Shown here in pieces: positions 1 to 9,964 of a DNA stretch of 64,000 bases. The DNA comes from Candidatus Latescibacterota bacterium. GTDB taxonomy: Bacteria; Krumholzibacteriota; Krumholzibacteriia; WVZY01; JAKEHA01. Position numbers and translations under genes: made by a program. The stretch covers positions 2,048,001-2,112,000 of the forward strand of contig OY970173.1 in NCBI GenBank assembly GCA_963707635.1, given 5' to 3'. Below the pieces are notes generated by a model. It saw nothing but the letters and a program-made list of their open reading frames with translations. It had not been told where the DNA came from and did not search any database. Positions within the stretch are counted from its first letter, which is position 1. Each line of letters begins with the position of its first letter.

Positions 1-749
1 TTCTGGATGGTGGACGCCTGCATCGAGATGATGCTGAATCCCTTCCAGTTGTTGTCGTGGATGAAGTTGTTCTCGATTAGCGCCCCTTCGATGATGCCGT
101 CGCCGCCCTCCCAGCAGTCGCCGTTTACCTGCACGCCGTTCTTGGCGTTGCCGAAGCATTCGTTACCGCGGATGACCGGGTTATCGTTGGGCGTATTGCT
201 GTTGCTGACGTAGATGCCGTGCTCGCCGGTGGATGCCGACACCACGTTGTTTTCGATCACGATCGTCGGGGTCCAGCCGGTGAGGATGCCCGTGAGCCCG
301 CTGCGCCGCACCGTGTTGTTGCGAATCACCACGCCGGTCGCCTGGACGGCGCGGATCCCAACCCGCGGCGCGTCTTCGACCACGAATCCGTCGATGACGA
401 CGTAGTTTGCGCCCTCGAGGTTGATGTTGTCCGGGGTCGACGAGTTCTGCTGGTTGACCAGCGCGCCCGATCCGCTGGCCACGAAGGTGATCGGGCTGGA
501 TGCGTTTCCGTCGGAGGTGATCTGGAAGCCGACGTAGGTGCCGTCGGCCACGTGGACGACGTCGCCGGCCACGGCCGTGTTCGCGGCCTTCTGGAGCGTT
601 CGCCAGGCAGCGGCGGAAGTCCCCGGGTTGGAGTCGTTGCCCGAGGTGGACACGTAGCGGTCCGCGGCGCGAGCGGTCGCCCCAGAGACCCCCACGAGGG
701 CGATCGTGGTCAGGTGGACACAGAGGGTCCGGATGGTGTTGCGCGTCAT
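1..749 (-). CDS. Secreted right-handed parallel beta-helix (pectate-lyase-like/DUF1565) protein, partial (runs off left edge)
   Basis: Not in the ORF track. Read by hand: ATG at 749 after AAGGAG, MTRNTIRTLCVHLTTIALVGVSGATARA|ADRYVSTSGNDSNPGTSAAAWRTLQKAANTAVAGDVVHVADGTY..., then IRNN/IENN/IRGN beta-helix repeats. Confidence 0.85.
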   Translation of the reverse strand, partial: MTRNTIRTLCVHLTTIALVGVSGATARAADRYVSTSGNDSNPGTSAAAWRTLQKAANTAVAGDVVHVADGTYVGFQITSDGNASSPITFVASGSGALVNQQNSSTPDNINLEGANYVVIDGFVVEDAPRVGIRAVQATGVVIRNNTVRRSGLTGILTGWTPTIVIENNVVSASTGEHGIYVSNSNTPNDNPVIRGNECFGNAKNGVQVNGDCWEGGDGIIEGALIENNFIHDNNWKGFSIISMQASTIQ

Positions 750-920
750 CGCATGCTCCTTACGTCGTCGATCGCGACGGGGCCTGGAGGGACGCGCGCG
801 GACAGGGATCGCGCGTGTTCCCCGGAGGCGTTCGTCATCTCCCCGCAGGCCATCGCGGCCATGGGGTCGGCATCGAACGCCGCTATCGGATCAGTCACTG
901 GGTGAATTCCGGGGCGAATC

Positions 921-936
921 TGCAAGCCGTGTACCA
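921..936 (-). promoter_or_regulatory. sigma54 (-24/-12) promoter candidate
   Basis: Minus strand TGGTACACGGCTTGCA = GG-N10-GC with TTGCA, about 170 nt upstream of the beta-helix gene. Confidence 0.65.
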
Positions 937-1063
937 AGTTACACATGACAGCCCGACGGCACGATTCACCGCCATGAGGCGCACGGCAATGCGCAAAAGA
1001 TGACGCGGGGCGGCACGATCTGCAATCTATTTTATTCGACGGTCCCGCGCGCGAGCGGCGGGC

Positions 1064-2059
1064 CTACTGGCGGCGAACGCCCGCCAACCCCTTGCAGAAG
1101 TCCCGCACGTCGCGAAACGCCATCGCACCGCGGCGCAGCGGGTAGAAACTCTCCGGGTTCAAGATCAGGCGCTCGGTGAGAAACTTCGAGCGCGAAATCC
1201 ACCCGAGCGCCCGGATGGGGAGATCGAGCTCGGCCGGCTCGAACGGGGTGTGCAAGCCTTCAAAATCGCCATCGATGTCGATGTGCTCCACCGCGATCTG
1301 CCCCAGCCCGGCCTCGGCTGCCCAGCGGACGTGTCGCGAGGTGTAGGGGTCGATGCCGACCAGGCGCATGGCCACCGAGTCGAGCGCGACCACGTCGGTG
1401 CTCGCCAGCACGACGTCGAAGCGGCGCGCCTTGCCGTTGATGGGGCCGCGGCCCTCCATGGCGACGATCCCGTCCATGACCGCGATGCGCGGCTTCGCCA
1501 CCTGGTTGATCAGCACCAGCACGCGGTCGAGGCGCGGGTGGAGCAGGATGCGATTGTGCTGCGGGTAACACCCGAACTGGTTCTTGAGCGCCCCGGTGAA
1601 CACCGTCGTGGCGTGGGTCTTGAGGACCGGCAGCGTGATGAACACGTCCGCCTCCAGGAGCGTGCGCGCGATCGGCCAGCCCTTGAGCTCCTTCTCCCCC
1701 GTCTCCACCCATTCGTCCTTGGAGAAATTCAGCGCGCGCGCGCCGTGCCTGGCAATGATCGGGTAGTAGCCGCTGACCTCGAACGCGTCTTCGGTGGGAT
1801 AACGCATCCCGTTCGATTCGCCGACGACGATCGAGTCCGTGCGCTCGCGCACGGCGCCGAGGACCGCGTCCAGGAGGAGCGGGTGGGTGTTGGAGGCCTC
1901 GGCGTTTTCCTTGAACGGCGTGCTCAGGTTCACTTTAATGACGACCCTGGCGCCCTCGCGCACGATGTTGCGAAAGCCGACCCCGTCGAGCATCTCGCGC
2001 ACCGCGCGCTCCACCGGCACCTTGGCCACGGACCGAACGAATACCCGGCTGCGCGTCAT
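1064..2059 (-). CDS. DUF362 domain protein
   Basis: Motifs VVIKVNL, THP, VGES, LPVLKTH, TGALKNQFG, DGIVAMEGRGPING, DVVALD. Confidence 0.85.
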   Translation of the reverse strand: MTRSRVFVRSVAKVPVERAVREMLDGVGFRNIVREGARVVIKVNLSTPFKENAEASNTHPLLLDAVLGAVRERTDSIVVGESNGMRYPTEDAFEVSGYYPIIARHGARALNFSKDEWVETGEKELKGWPIARTLLEADVFITLPVLKTHATTVFTGALKNQFGCYPQHNRILLHPRLDRVLVLINQVAKPRIAVMDGIVAMEGRGPINGKARRFDVVLASTDVVALDSVAMRLVGIDPYTSRHVRWAAEAGLGQIAVEHIDIDGDFEGLHTPFEPAELDLPIRALGWISRSKFLTERLILNPESFYPLRRGAMAFRDVRDFCKGLAGVRRQ

Positions 2060-3228
2060 CGTGTTTTCACCTCTGGTTGCGAACGCGCCCGCCGCGCCGA
2101 CAGGGCGTCGTAGAGCGCGAGGTAGCCGCCCACCATCGCGTCGATTCCAAACCGTCCTCGGGCTCGTTCGGCGCCGCGCTCGCCCATGCGCTTCGCGCGC
2201 GAGCGGTCGCCGAGCACTTCGCCGATCGCGGCCGCGAGTGCGGCCGGATCGCGCGGGGGCACCAGTCTCCCGGTCTCGCCGTCGACGACCACCTCGGGGT
2301 TTCCGCCGACCCGGGTGGCCACCACCGGCAGCCCGGCCGCCATCGCTTCGAGCAGAGTCACCGCGAGCCCTTCGGTGGCCGAGGATAGCACGAAGACATC
2401 GAAGGCGGACAGCACGTCGGCGACGTCGTCGCGCCGGCCCGCAAACACCACCGCGCTCGACAGGCCCCGCTCGTGAACCGCCCGCTCCAGATCCGCGCGC
2501 AGCTCGCCGTCTCCGACCACGAGGAGCCAGGCGCCGGCGTGCGCCCCGCGGACGCGCAGGAACGCGTCGAAGAGATTCACGTGATCCTTGGCCGCGGTCA
2601 AACGCGCGATGATCCCCACCACCGGGGCGTCGTCCGGGATGGAAAAGTCCGCGCGCACGCGCCGCCGCGCATCGCCTCCGCGCACATAGCTGCGCGCGTC
2701 GACGCCGTTGACGATAACGTGGACCCGCCGGTCCCGCACCGCGCCCGCCGCGAGGGCGACGCGGCGAGCGTCGTCAGAAACGAACACGACGTCGTCCACC
2801 AGGCGCAGGCGCTGAAACGTCCGGGTCGCGCGCCGGCCCGACGTCTTCGCCCCGTGCGCGGTGTACACCACCCCGGCGACGCGCGCGGCCCGCGCGCAGA
2901 CCGCGCCGTATACCAGCGGCGAGTAATTGTGACAGTGCACGATGTCGACTCGGTCCGCGCGCAGTGCGCGCGTCATACGGGCAAGCAAGCCGTAGTCCAA
3001 ACCCGGCGCCTTCGCGAACGGGCGGACGCGGAACCCTTCCTGCGCCAGCCCGGTTGCGAGCGCGCCGCCTTCCCCGAGCGTGTACAGGATCGAGCGGTAG
3101 CGGGCCGGGTCGGTGGCGCGCATCAGGGTGATCACGACCCGCTCCAGTCCCCCGACGTCGAGGTTCTGGACGACGTGCGCGACCGTGCGTGGCGCCGCGG
3201 GACTCGTGCTCTGCGCGCGCGCGGCCAC
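2056..3228 (-). CDS. GT4 glycosyltransferase
   Basis: HVVQNLDVGGLERVV, VHCHN, NGVD, KDH, EGLAVTLLEAMAAG (E-x7-E). GTG start at 3228, immediately after the upstream stop. Confidence 0.9.
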   Translation of the reverse strand: MAARAQSTSPAAPRTVAHVVQNLDVGGLERVVITLMRATDPARYRSILYTLGEGGALATGLAQEGFRVRPFAKAPGLDYGLLARMTRALRADRVDIVHCHNYSPLVYGAVCARAARVAGVVYTAHGAKTSGRRATRTFQRLRLVDDVVFVSDDARRVALAAGAVRDRRVHVIVNGVDARSYVRGGDARRRVRADFSIPDDAPVVGIIARLTAAKDHVNLFDAFLRVRGAHAGAWLLVVGDGELRADLERAVHERGLSSAVVFAGRRDDVADVLSAFDVFVLSSATEGLAVTLLEAMAAGLPVVATRVGGNPEVVVDGETGRLVPPRDPAALAAAIGEVLGDRSRAKRMGERGAERARGRFGIDAMVGGYLALYDALSARRARSQPEVKTR

Positions 3229-3230
3229 GG

Positions 3231-4244
3231 CTAGGCGCGGGCCTCCCGCTCGCGCCAGTACGCGAACGTCCGGCGCAACCCCTCGTCGGTCGGCACCACC
3301 TGGCGCCACCCGATGCTCTTCAGCCGGGCGTTGGAAAAGCGGTTGCCCTTCCACAGCGAGGCCGTCCGGTAAGGCGTGAACACCGCCGGCAGCTGCCCCC
3401 CGGAGCGGCGCGAGTAGCGTTCTACCGCGTGCGACACCATCTGCATCGCCGGGTACGGCACGGCGACGGTGCGCAGCGCGCGCACCTCCTTGCGGTAGCG
3501 GCGCAGATAGCCGGCGCACGACGGCGGATCGTCGTCGCACACGTTGATAACCGAATGAGCGGACGGATTGCGCGCCGCCACCACCAGCGCTTCCGCACAG
3601 TTGGTGACGTAGGAGACGGGCAGCGGATTCCCTCCGCCCAGGCTCAGGAGCACGCCGAACACGCTCACGCCGACGCGCGCGGAAAGGGGCGCCCCGCCCG
3701 GTCCGATGATCACTCCCGGGCGCAGCGCCACGCCCGGAAACCCGTAGCGCTCCCGGTACTCGTGGAAGAGGGTTTCCTGCCGCCACTTCGAGTACGAATA
3801 GGGGTCACGCTTTTCCGGCGTGGGTTCCAGGGCCGTGGTCTCGTCGACCAGCGCCCCGTGCGGCAGCGACGCCACCTCGTACACGCCGAAGGAGCTCACC
3901 AGCACGACACCGGTGCCGGGCTGGGCCGCGACCGCGTCCAGGAGCCGTTTTGTCCCCACCACGGTGTTGAGAAACATGTCGGCCGCGGAGCCTTTCATGG
4001 CGGCGGCGAGATGAAACACGATGTCGACGCCGCGCACGGCGGCCTCGACGTCGGCGCGCACGGTCACGTTCCCCCGCGCGAACTCGACCCTCGCGCCGGG
4101 GTGCGCCTCCGTCATCTGCGCGAGGTGGGTCACGTCGCTGCCCGGGCGCACGAAACACTTCACGTCGGTGTACCCGTGCGCCAGCAGTCTCGCCACCAGC
4201 TCGCCACCGAGGAATCCCCCCGCCCCCGTGACCAGGCACTTCAC
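3231..4244 (-). CDS. NAD-dependent epimerase/dehydratase (extended SDR)
   Basis: TGAGGFLG, FHLAA, VSSFGVY, YSYSK catalytic motif. Confidence 0.85.
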   Translation of the reverse strand: MKCLVTGAGGFLGGELVARLLAHGYTDVKCFVRPGSDVTHLAQMTEAHPGARVEFARGNVTVRADVEAAVRGVDIVFHLAAAMKGSAADMFLNTVVGTKRLLDAVAAQPGTGVVLVSSFGVYEVASLPHGALVDETTALEPTPEKRDPYSYSKWRQETLFHEYRERYGFPGVALRPGVIIGPGGAPLSARVGVSVFGVLLSLGGGNPLPVSYVTNCAEALVVAARNPSAHSVINVCDDDPPSCAGYLRRYRKEVRALRTVAVPYPAMQMVSHAVERYSRRSGGQLPAVFTPYRTASLWKGNRFSNARLKSIGWRQVVPTDEGLRRTFAYWREREARA

Positions 4245-5329
4245 GAGTCCTCACCCCGGGGGGCGATCTGCATCCAGATCGTGTCCATCACCGCGGCGAG
4301 GCGCCGCATGTCGTCGTAGGCGATCGGCGGCGGGCCGTCGGTGCGGATCGACTCGTAGAAACGCTCGATCAAGTGGTGCATCCCAGCGAAGAAGTGGAAA
4401 TCGGCGCGCGCGAAACGGCGGACGTTGCGCCAGCCCTGGCGTCGATACTCGCCCGCGCGCTTGAACGCCGGGAGCAGCCGGCCGATCTGGCTGGGCAGCG
4501 TGGGGCCGGCTTCGAGCACGACCGTGCGGATCGAATAGTCGGCGTGCAGGATTCCGCGCGACCCGTAGACCCGCAGGAAATGCGACACCGGGTTCACATG
4601 CGACGTGAAGGTGGCGTAGCCGGTGACGCTATTCCCGAGCAGCGTCACGCGCAGTTCGTCGTGCATGCGGTCGCGCACGTCGCCGAAGGCGTGCGGGCGG
4701 CGACGGGTCGCGAACGCGTGGACGGCCGGCTCGGGGTCGGTGACGAACTCGAGGACCTTGTTGAGCATGTGGTCGACGTTGTTGTGGAACAGCCGGCCGG
4801 GGAGGGTGTGCACCCAGTGGCGCGGGTCGCCCAGGATGGCGGCGCCGAACGGGCCCGCGAGGCTGTAGCCAAAGTGACTCTCGACGTGGACCGGCTCCCC
4901 GATGGCGCCGCCCGCGATCAAACGGCGCATCTCGAGCGCCGGTGGATCGAAATGAAAGCTGTGTCCCACCGTGAGCTTCCGGCCCGTCCCCCGGGCCCGG
5001 TTGATGATGGCGTCGACGCCGGCGACATCCAGGGCGAGGGGCTTTTCGACGTAGACGTGCGCGCCGGCGTCCAGCGCGCGGGTGGCGAGCGCCACGTGCG
5101 ACTGGGGAGGGGTCGTGATGTGCACGACATCGGGCGCGCGCGTCGCGAGCAGCTGTTCGAAGTCGTCGGTGAAGTGGGACAGCCCGAAGCGTCGCGCGAG
5201 CTGCTCGGCCATGATCGACTCCAGGTCGCACACGCCGACGATGTCGACGCCGGGCATCTTCTGGAGCTCCCCGACGTGGGCGTCGGCGATCTTTCCGCAC
5301 CCGACCACCGCGACGCGCAGCGTCTTCAT
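4241..5329 (-). CDS. Gfo/Idh/MocA family oxidoreductase
   Basis: MKTLRVAVVGCGKIA, TTPPQSH, VYVEKP. ATG at 5329 overlaps the upstream TGA. Confidence 0.9.
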   Translation of the reverse strand: MKTLRVAVVGCGKIADAHVGELQKMPGVDIVGVCDLESIMAEQLARRFGLSHFTDDFEQLLATRAPDVVHITTPPQSHVALATRALDAGAHVYVEKPLALDVAGVDAIINRARGTGRKLTVGHSFHFDPPALEMRRLIAGGAIGEPVHVESHFGYSLAGPFGAAILGDPRHWVHTLPGRLFHNNVDHMLNKVLEFVTDPEPAVHAFATRRRPHAFGDVRDRMHDELRVTLLGNSVTGYATFTSHVNPVSHFLRVYGSRGILHADYSIRTVVLEAGPTLPSQIGRLLPAFKRAGEYRRQGWRNVRRFARADFHFFAGMHHLIERFYESIRTDGPPPIAYDDMRRLAAVMDTIWMQIAPRGEDS

Positions 5330-6492
5330 GCCACGCCCCCCGCGAGAATCCGATGGAGGTCGTCCGCCACGTCGTGCCACGTGCGCGCGCGCGCGGCGCG
5401 CACGAGGGCGTCGGTGTCCCACGCGCGCGCGAGCACGTCGTCGATGCCGCGCGCCAGCGCCGCCGCGTCCTCCGGCGGGACCACGATGCCGAGTTCGGGC
5501 CCGGTGATGATTTCGGGAACACCGCCCACGCGCGTCGCCACCACCGCGCGCCCGCTGGCCAGCGCCTCGACCAGCACGTTGGGGTGGCCTTCCGTCCGGC
5601 TCGAAAGCACGACCGCGTCCGCCGCCGCCATCCACCGCGGAATCTCGTCGTGGTCGCGGCGGCCGGCGAAGTCGACCCGCCCGGCGAGACCGAGGCGGTC
5701 GCGTTGCGCGACCAGGGCCGCGTATTCCGGTCCGTCGCCCACGACCGTGAGACGCACGCCGCGGTCCCGCACCTGCGCCATCGCGTCGAGCAGCACGTCG
5801 ATCCCCTTCTCGCGGCCGAGCCGGCTCACGCACACCAGCCGGCGGCCGTCGGGGTCCAGATGGAGGGCGCGGCGCGCGGCCGCGCGATCCGCCACGTCGA
5901 AACGCGCGGCGTCGATGCCGTTGGGCACCACGTGGATGCGGGTGGGGTCGACGCCGAGGCGTGCGATCTCGTCCGCGAGCGCCCGGCTCACCGCGATCAC
6001 CGCCTGGCAGCGCCTGAGCGACGCCGCGATGATTCGCCGCTGCAGCACCGGCCGGGCGAGATGGTTGATGTCGCTGCCGCGGCAGCTCACCACCGCGGGC
6101 CGTCCGAGCGTGCGCGCCACCATCACCGCGGCCACGCCGTACGGATACGCGAAGAACGAGAGCACGACGTCGGGACGGTGTGCTCTTGCCGCCTGCAGGT
6201 GCGCGGGGAGCGTGCACGCGAACACGAACCAGCCGTGCAGGAAGCGCAGGACCTTCGGAATCACCACATAGCGCGGGTAGCGGACCTCGACGCCGTCGAT
6301 GGTGTCGCGGCGCGGAACCCGCGCGAACGGGCGGTAGCGCCGCGAGGCAAGCACCCGGGGGATGAACGGCACCGGCGCCACCACCTGCACCGCGGCGCGA
6401 TCGGCCAGCGCGCGCACCTGCGCAAACACGTACACACCGCGCGTCATGTCGGAGCGATTGGGGAATATGCCGGTGGAAACGAGCACCCTCAT
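5326..6492 (-). CDS. GT4 glycosyltransferase (TuaC-like)
   Basis: STGIFPN, RGSDIN, VPNGID, EKGID, EGHPNVLVEALASG. Confidence 0.9.
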   Translation of the reverse strand: MRVLVSTGIFPNRSDMTRGVYVFAQVRALADRAAVQVVAPVPFIPRVLASRRYRPFARVPRRDTIDGVEVRYPRYVVIPKVLRFLHGWFVFACTLPAHLQAARAHRPDVVLSFFAYPYGVAAVMVARTLGRPAVVSCRGSDINHLARPVLQRRIIAASLRRCQAVIAVSRALADEIARLGVDPTRIHVVPNGIDAARFDVADRAAARRALHLDPDGRRLVCVSRLGREKGIDVLLDAMAQVRDRGVRLTVVGDGPEYAALVAQRDRLGLAGRVDFAGRRDHDEIPRWMAAADAVVLSSRTEGHPNVLVEALASGRAVVATRVGGVPEIITGPELGIVVPPEDAAALARGIDDVLARAWDTDALVRAARARTWHDVADDLHRILAGGVA

Positions 6493-6517
6493 GGACGCGC
6501 GCGACCTGCGGGAACGC

Positions 6518-7222
6518 TCACTTCGTGTCCTGCTTGGTGTACCCGTAATACTTGTAGTCGTAGTAGTACGGAAGCACCTGGGCGGCGTTGTTGAGAACCA
6601 CGCCGATGAGGTTGGCGCGCGAATCGTCCAGGACGTTCTTGGTGCGCTGCACCACCTCGCGCGGCGTCACGCCCGCCAGCACGACCAGGATCACCGCCTC
6701 GATCTCCGAGCACAGAAAGAGCGTGTCGCTGACCGCGAGCACCGGCGCCGAATCGACGATGACGATGTCGTAGTAGAACTCGAGCTTGTTGAGCACCTCT
6801 TTGAGGCGCTCGGACTCGAAGAGCTTGCCCGGCTGCGGGGTGCGGTCGCCGGCGGTGATGACGTGGAAGTTCGGGAGCGGCGTCTTCTTGACCACATCCA
6901 TCGGATCCACGTTGTGGGCAAGGCAGTCCTTCAACCCGACCGCGTTGCTGAGCCCGAAGATCGCGTGTCCGCGCGGCCGCCGCAGGTCGGCGTCCACGTG
7001 GAGCACCTTCTTGGTCGGAAACTGCGCGATGGTGAGGGCCAGCCAGCTCGCGATCGTGCTCTTCCCTTCCCCGCGGTTGGAACTCGTGATCAGAAACGAC
7101 TTGTACTGCCTGCCCTCGTCGCTCTTCTTGGCGTTGTGGTAGAGGCGGCGCAGCTCGGTGGCGACGGGAGACTCGCCGTCGTAGCTGTCGAAGATGGTGC
7201 TTTCGCTTTTCGACGTGGCCAT
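6518..7222 (-). CDS. CpsD/CapB-family bacterial tyrosine kinase (stand-alone)
   Basis: Walker A SSNRGEGKST, A' VDADLRRP, Walker B IVIVDSAP, C-terminal Tyr cluster YYYDYKYYGY. Start MATSK at 7222. Confidence 0.92.
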   Translation of the reverse strand: MATSKSESTIFDSYDGESPVATELRRLYHNAKKSDEGRQYKSFLITSSNRGEGKSTIASWLALTIAQFPTKKVLHVDADLRRPRGHAIFGLSNAVGLKDCLAHNVDPMDVVKKTPLPNFHVITAGDRTPQPGKLFESERLKEVLNKLEFYYDIVIVDSAPVLAVSDTLFLCSEIEAVILVVLAGVTPREVVQRTKNVLDDSRANLIGVVLNNAAQVLPYYYDYKYYGYTKQDTK

Positions 7223-7224
7223 GG

Positions 7225-8901
7225 TCAGGGGGCTGGAGTCGTCGTGGTCGACTGCTCGTTGAGGTTGAGGTCGATCATCTGCTCGCGGGCCGTCTTGCCG
7301 TAGAAATAGAATCCGGCCAGGGCGACGCCGAGGAACACGACCGACGTGGCCGTCCACACCACCGCGCGTTTGCGGGCGGAGTCGTGGAACCACTTGGTCT
7401 TCTCGAAGCGTGGGATCGTGCCCAGCACCTTCATGCCCAGCTGCTTCTCGATCTCGTCCACCGAGCGGAACGACGAGTCGGTGAACTCGGTGAGCAGCAG
7501 GCCCGACGCGCCGATGGCGGCGCCGAACAGAAACGCCAGCACCAGGATTTTCATGCGGTCGGGGCGCACCGGGGCCAGCGGGCGGCTCGCCGCTTCGACC
7601 AGGAACACCGACGCGCCCAGTTCGGTGTCCTGCGCGGCCTCGCTGATCTGGGTGCTGGTCTGCGCGCTCTGGAAGGTGTTGAACACCGAGCGATTGTGCT
7701 CGACCTCCTGGCGCAGGCGCGCCAGCTCGCTCTCCATTTCGGGCGCCAGCGCCACCTGGGACCGAAACGCCGCAATGTAGGAGTCCAGCTTGGTGCGCTT
7801 GCCGCGCAGCGCGTTGACTTCCACACGCTGGTAGAAGTACTCGACCACCAGCGGGCGGTAGTCGGCCGGCACGTTCGCAAAGCGCTCCCCGACTAGGCGC
7901 CCGAGGCGGCGCTGCAGGGCCTGCTGCGTCGTCGTGATCGCATCCGCGTTGCTGCCCCCGCCGGGGGCAGCCACGGTAGCGCTCAGTTCCGCGAGCAATT
8001 CGGACTCGCGCCGCATGCCCAGGTCGTTTTCGAGCTTGCGAACTTCGGGGTCGCGGAACACGCGATCCCCGTCCGGAACCTCGCCCAGGATCGCCACCAC
8101 CTGCGCGCGGATCCGCTCCAGGGTATCGTCGGCGCCGCTGATGGTCAGGTCGAGGTCGGCGTGGACGCGTTCTGACAGCGCCACGTTGGTCTGGTTCACG
8201 GGGTTGGTGGCGACACTCGGCGCGGACAGGCGCTCCTGAAAATTCGCCAGCTCGCGCTCGGAGTGGTCCAGGCGCTCCTTGTAGACCGCCAACTGCTCCT
8301 CGCTGAACTGGCTGACTTCTTTCAGCCCCCGCATCGTCTGCCGGTGCTGCATGTCGATGTACAGCCGCGTAATCGCCTCCGCCACCACGTAGCACGCTTC
8401 CGGATTGGCGTCGGCGTACGCGAGGCGATACATGTTGGGGCCTTCGCGGTCGATGCTGATGCGCCGCTTGAGGAAGTTACGCAGCCGCCGCATGACGAGT
8501 TCTTCGCTCGTGATGCCGGGGTAGAGGTGCTCGCGCTCGTAGTCGGCGATCTCGATCAGCTCCGGGTCCTGGTCCATGCCGAGGCGCCGGATCAACTCGT
8601 CGAGGAACGCGCTGCCGAGGATGTCGGCCTCGAGCTGGGCGCCGAATTCCGCCTCGCGGCGGCGGGAATCGGTCTGGACGAAGCGGTTGACCTCGCTCTG
8701 CACCTGCGACGCGTCGCCGAGGCGGATGACCGAGCTGGACTCGTACTCGGGCACCAGAAAGCGCACCCCGATGTTCGAAACCACCACGGAGATGACGAGC
8801 GGGACGACGAGGAAGTACTTCTTGCGCCAGATGACGCGCAGGTACTCGCCCAGGTTGAGCCTGAAACCGACTTCCTGATCTTGCGGGGTGATCTTGCGCA
8901 C
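7225..8901 (-). CDS. Polysaccharide co-polymerase / chain-length determinant (Wzz/GumC-like)
   Basis: N-terminal TM after LRVIWRKK, PEYESSS, long coiled coil, ASRPLAPVRP before TM2, extra C-terminal TM. Confidence 0.88.
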   Translation of the reverse strand: MRKITPQDQEVGFRLNLGEYLRVIWRKKYFLVVPLVISVVVSNIGVRFLVPEYESSSVIRLGDASQVQSEVNRFVQTDSRRREAEFGAQLEADILGSAFLDELIRRLGMDQDPELIEIADYEREHLYPGITSEELVMRRLRNFLKRRISIDREGPNMYRLAYADANPEACYVVAEAITRLYIDMQHRQTMRGLKEVSQFSEEQLAVYKERLDHSERELANFQERLSAPSVATNPVNQTNVALSERVHADLDLTISGADDTLERIRAQVVAILGEVPDGDRVFRDPEVRKLENDLGMRRESELLAELSATVAAPGGGSNADAITTTQQALQRRLGRLVGERFANVPADYRPLVVEYFYQRVEVNALRGKRTKLDSYIAAFRSQVALAPEMESELARLRQEVEHNRSVFNTFQSAQTSTQISEAAQDTELGASVFLVEAASRPLAPVRPDRMKILVLAFLFGAAIGASGLLLTEFTDSSFRSVDEIEKQLGMKVLGTIPRFEKTKWFHDSARKRAVVWTATSVVFLGVALAGFYFYGKTAREQMIDLNLNEQSTTTTPAP

Positions 8902-8921
8902 TTCGGAAACCGCCCGAACGC

Positions 8922-9953
8922 CTACTGCGGGGTCGTGTCGGCCTGGACCTCGTTCTGAATCGTGTAGTACAGGAGCACCATCGTGCCCAGCGCGGTGATG
9001 AAGCCCACGATCAGGCTCGCCTCCTGGGAGGTGAACCCCTTCTTGCCGATGTTCACCGTGTCGCCGGCGAGGATCTTGGGATTCTGCGACTGGTCGCCAT
9101 TCTCGATGAACTTCTTGAGGTCGAGCTTCGTGGTCTGGGCGGTGCCGTCCTTCTCCGGCCGGATGAGGCGGATATCGCCCAGGTTGCCCCGCTCGCTGGG
9201 CCCGCCGGCCGCCAGCAGCGCGCTCATCAGGTCCTGGCGCGACTGGAGGCGGTACACCCCGGGCTTGAGCACGGCGCCCAGCACGTTGACCCCCATCGCG
9301 CCCGTATAGGCTTCCTCCTGGCCGGGGACCAGCACCGTGTCACCCGGTTTGAGGATCGGTAGCGTCTCGACGGAGCCCTTTTCGAGCGCGGCCTGGACGT
9401 CGACCACGAAGGTGGCCCCGCCGCGGGTGCGGTCCTGGATGACGCGGACACCGCTCATGGTGGCGGTGGGCATGGGGCCGCCCGCCTCGCGGATCGCCTC
9501 CCAGACATTGACCGCTTCGGCGAAGCTGTACTTGCCCGGGAGCTTGACGTCGCCGGTGACGAAGATCACGTTGCTGGACGCACGCGTGACGGAGACCTCG
9601 ATCCGGCTCACGCTCGGGTAGTACTCGCGCAGCGCCTGCAGCAGCCGCGACTGGATCTCGCTCGCGGTCAGTCCGCGCACGGCCACGGGCCCCACCAGCG
9701 GCAAGGTGATTTCGCCCTTCGCGTCGATCACCAGCTCACGGTTCAGGTCGGGCCGCTGCGGCACCGCCAGGAACAGCCGGTCACCCGGTCCGACCCGGTA
9801 GTCGGCGGGCATGCCCTGCGTCGACGTCTGCGGCGCCTGCGTCTGCGCGCGCGGCGCGGTGACGCCGAGCGCGGCGGCTGTGTAGCTGAACGCGACCCAC
9901 GCCACGAGGGCGCGGCCCGCGGGCGTCTTCAGAAGCAGCATGACCCGGTTCAC
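8922..9953 (-). CDS. Polysaccharide export protein (Wza/OPX, PES + SLBB domains)
   Basis: DYRVGPGDRL, GEITLPLVGPVAVRGLT, two SLBB repeats (VTGDVKLPGKY, VLGAVLKPGVY). GTG at 9953 after GGAGG; alternative ATG at 9941. Confidence 0.88.
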   Translation of the reverse strand: MNRVMLLLKTPAGRALVAWVAFSYTAAALGVTAPRAQTQAPQTSTQGMPADYRVGPGDRLFLAVPQRPDLNRELVIDAKGEITLPLVGPVAVRGLTASEIQSRLLQALREYYPSVSRIEVSVTRASSNVIFVTGDVKLPGKYSFAEAVNVWEAIREAGGPMPTATMSGVRVIQDRTRGGATFVVDVQAALEKGSVETLPILKPGDTVLVPGQEEAYTGAMGVNVLGAVLKPGVYRLQSRQDLMSALLAAGGPSERGNLGDIRLIRPEKDGTAQTTKLDLKKFIENGDQSQNPKILAGDTVNIGKKGFTSQEASLIVGFITALGTMVLLYYTIQNEVQADTTPQ

Positions 9954-9964
9954 CTCGGCCTCCT

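Noticed and set aside
955..1030. Plus-strand GGCACGAT motifs as sigma54 promoters
   Set aside because: GG-to-GC spacing is not 10 nt and no plus-strand gene follows; they may be activator sites.
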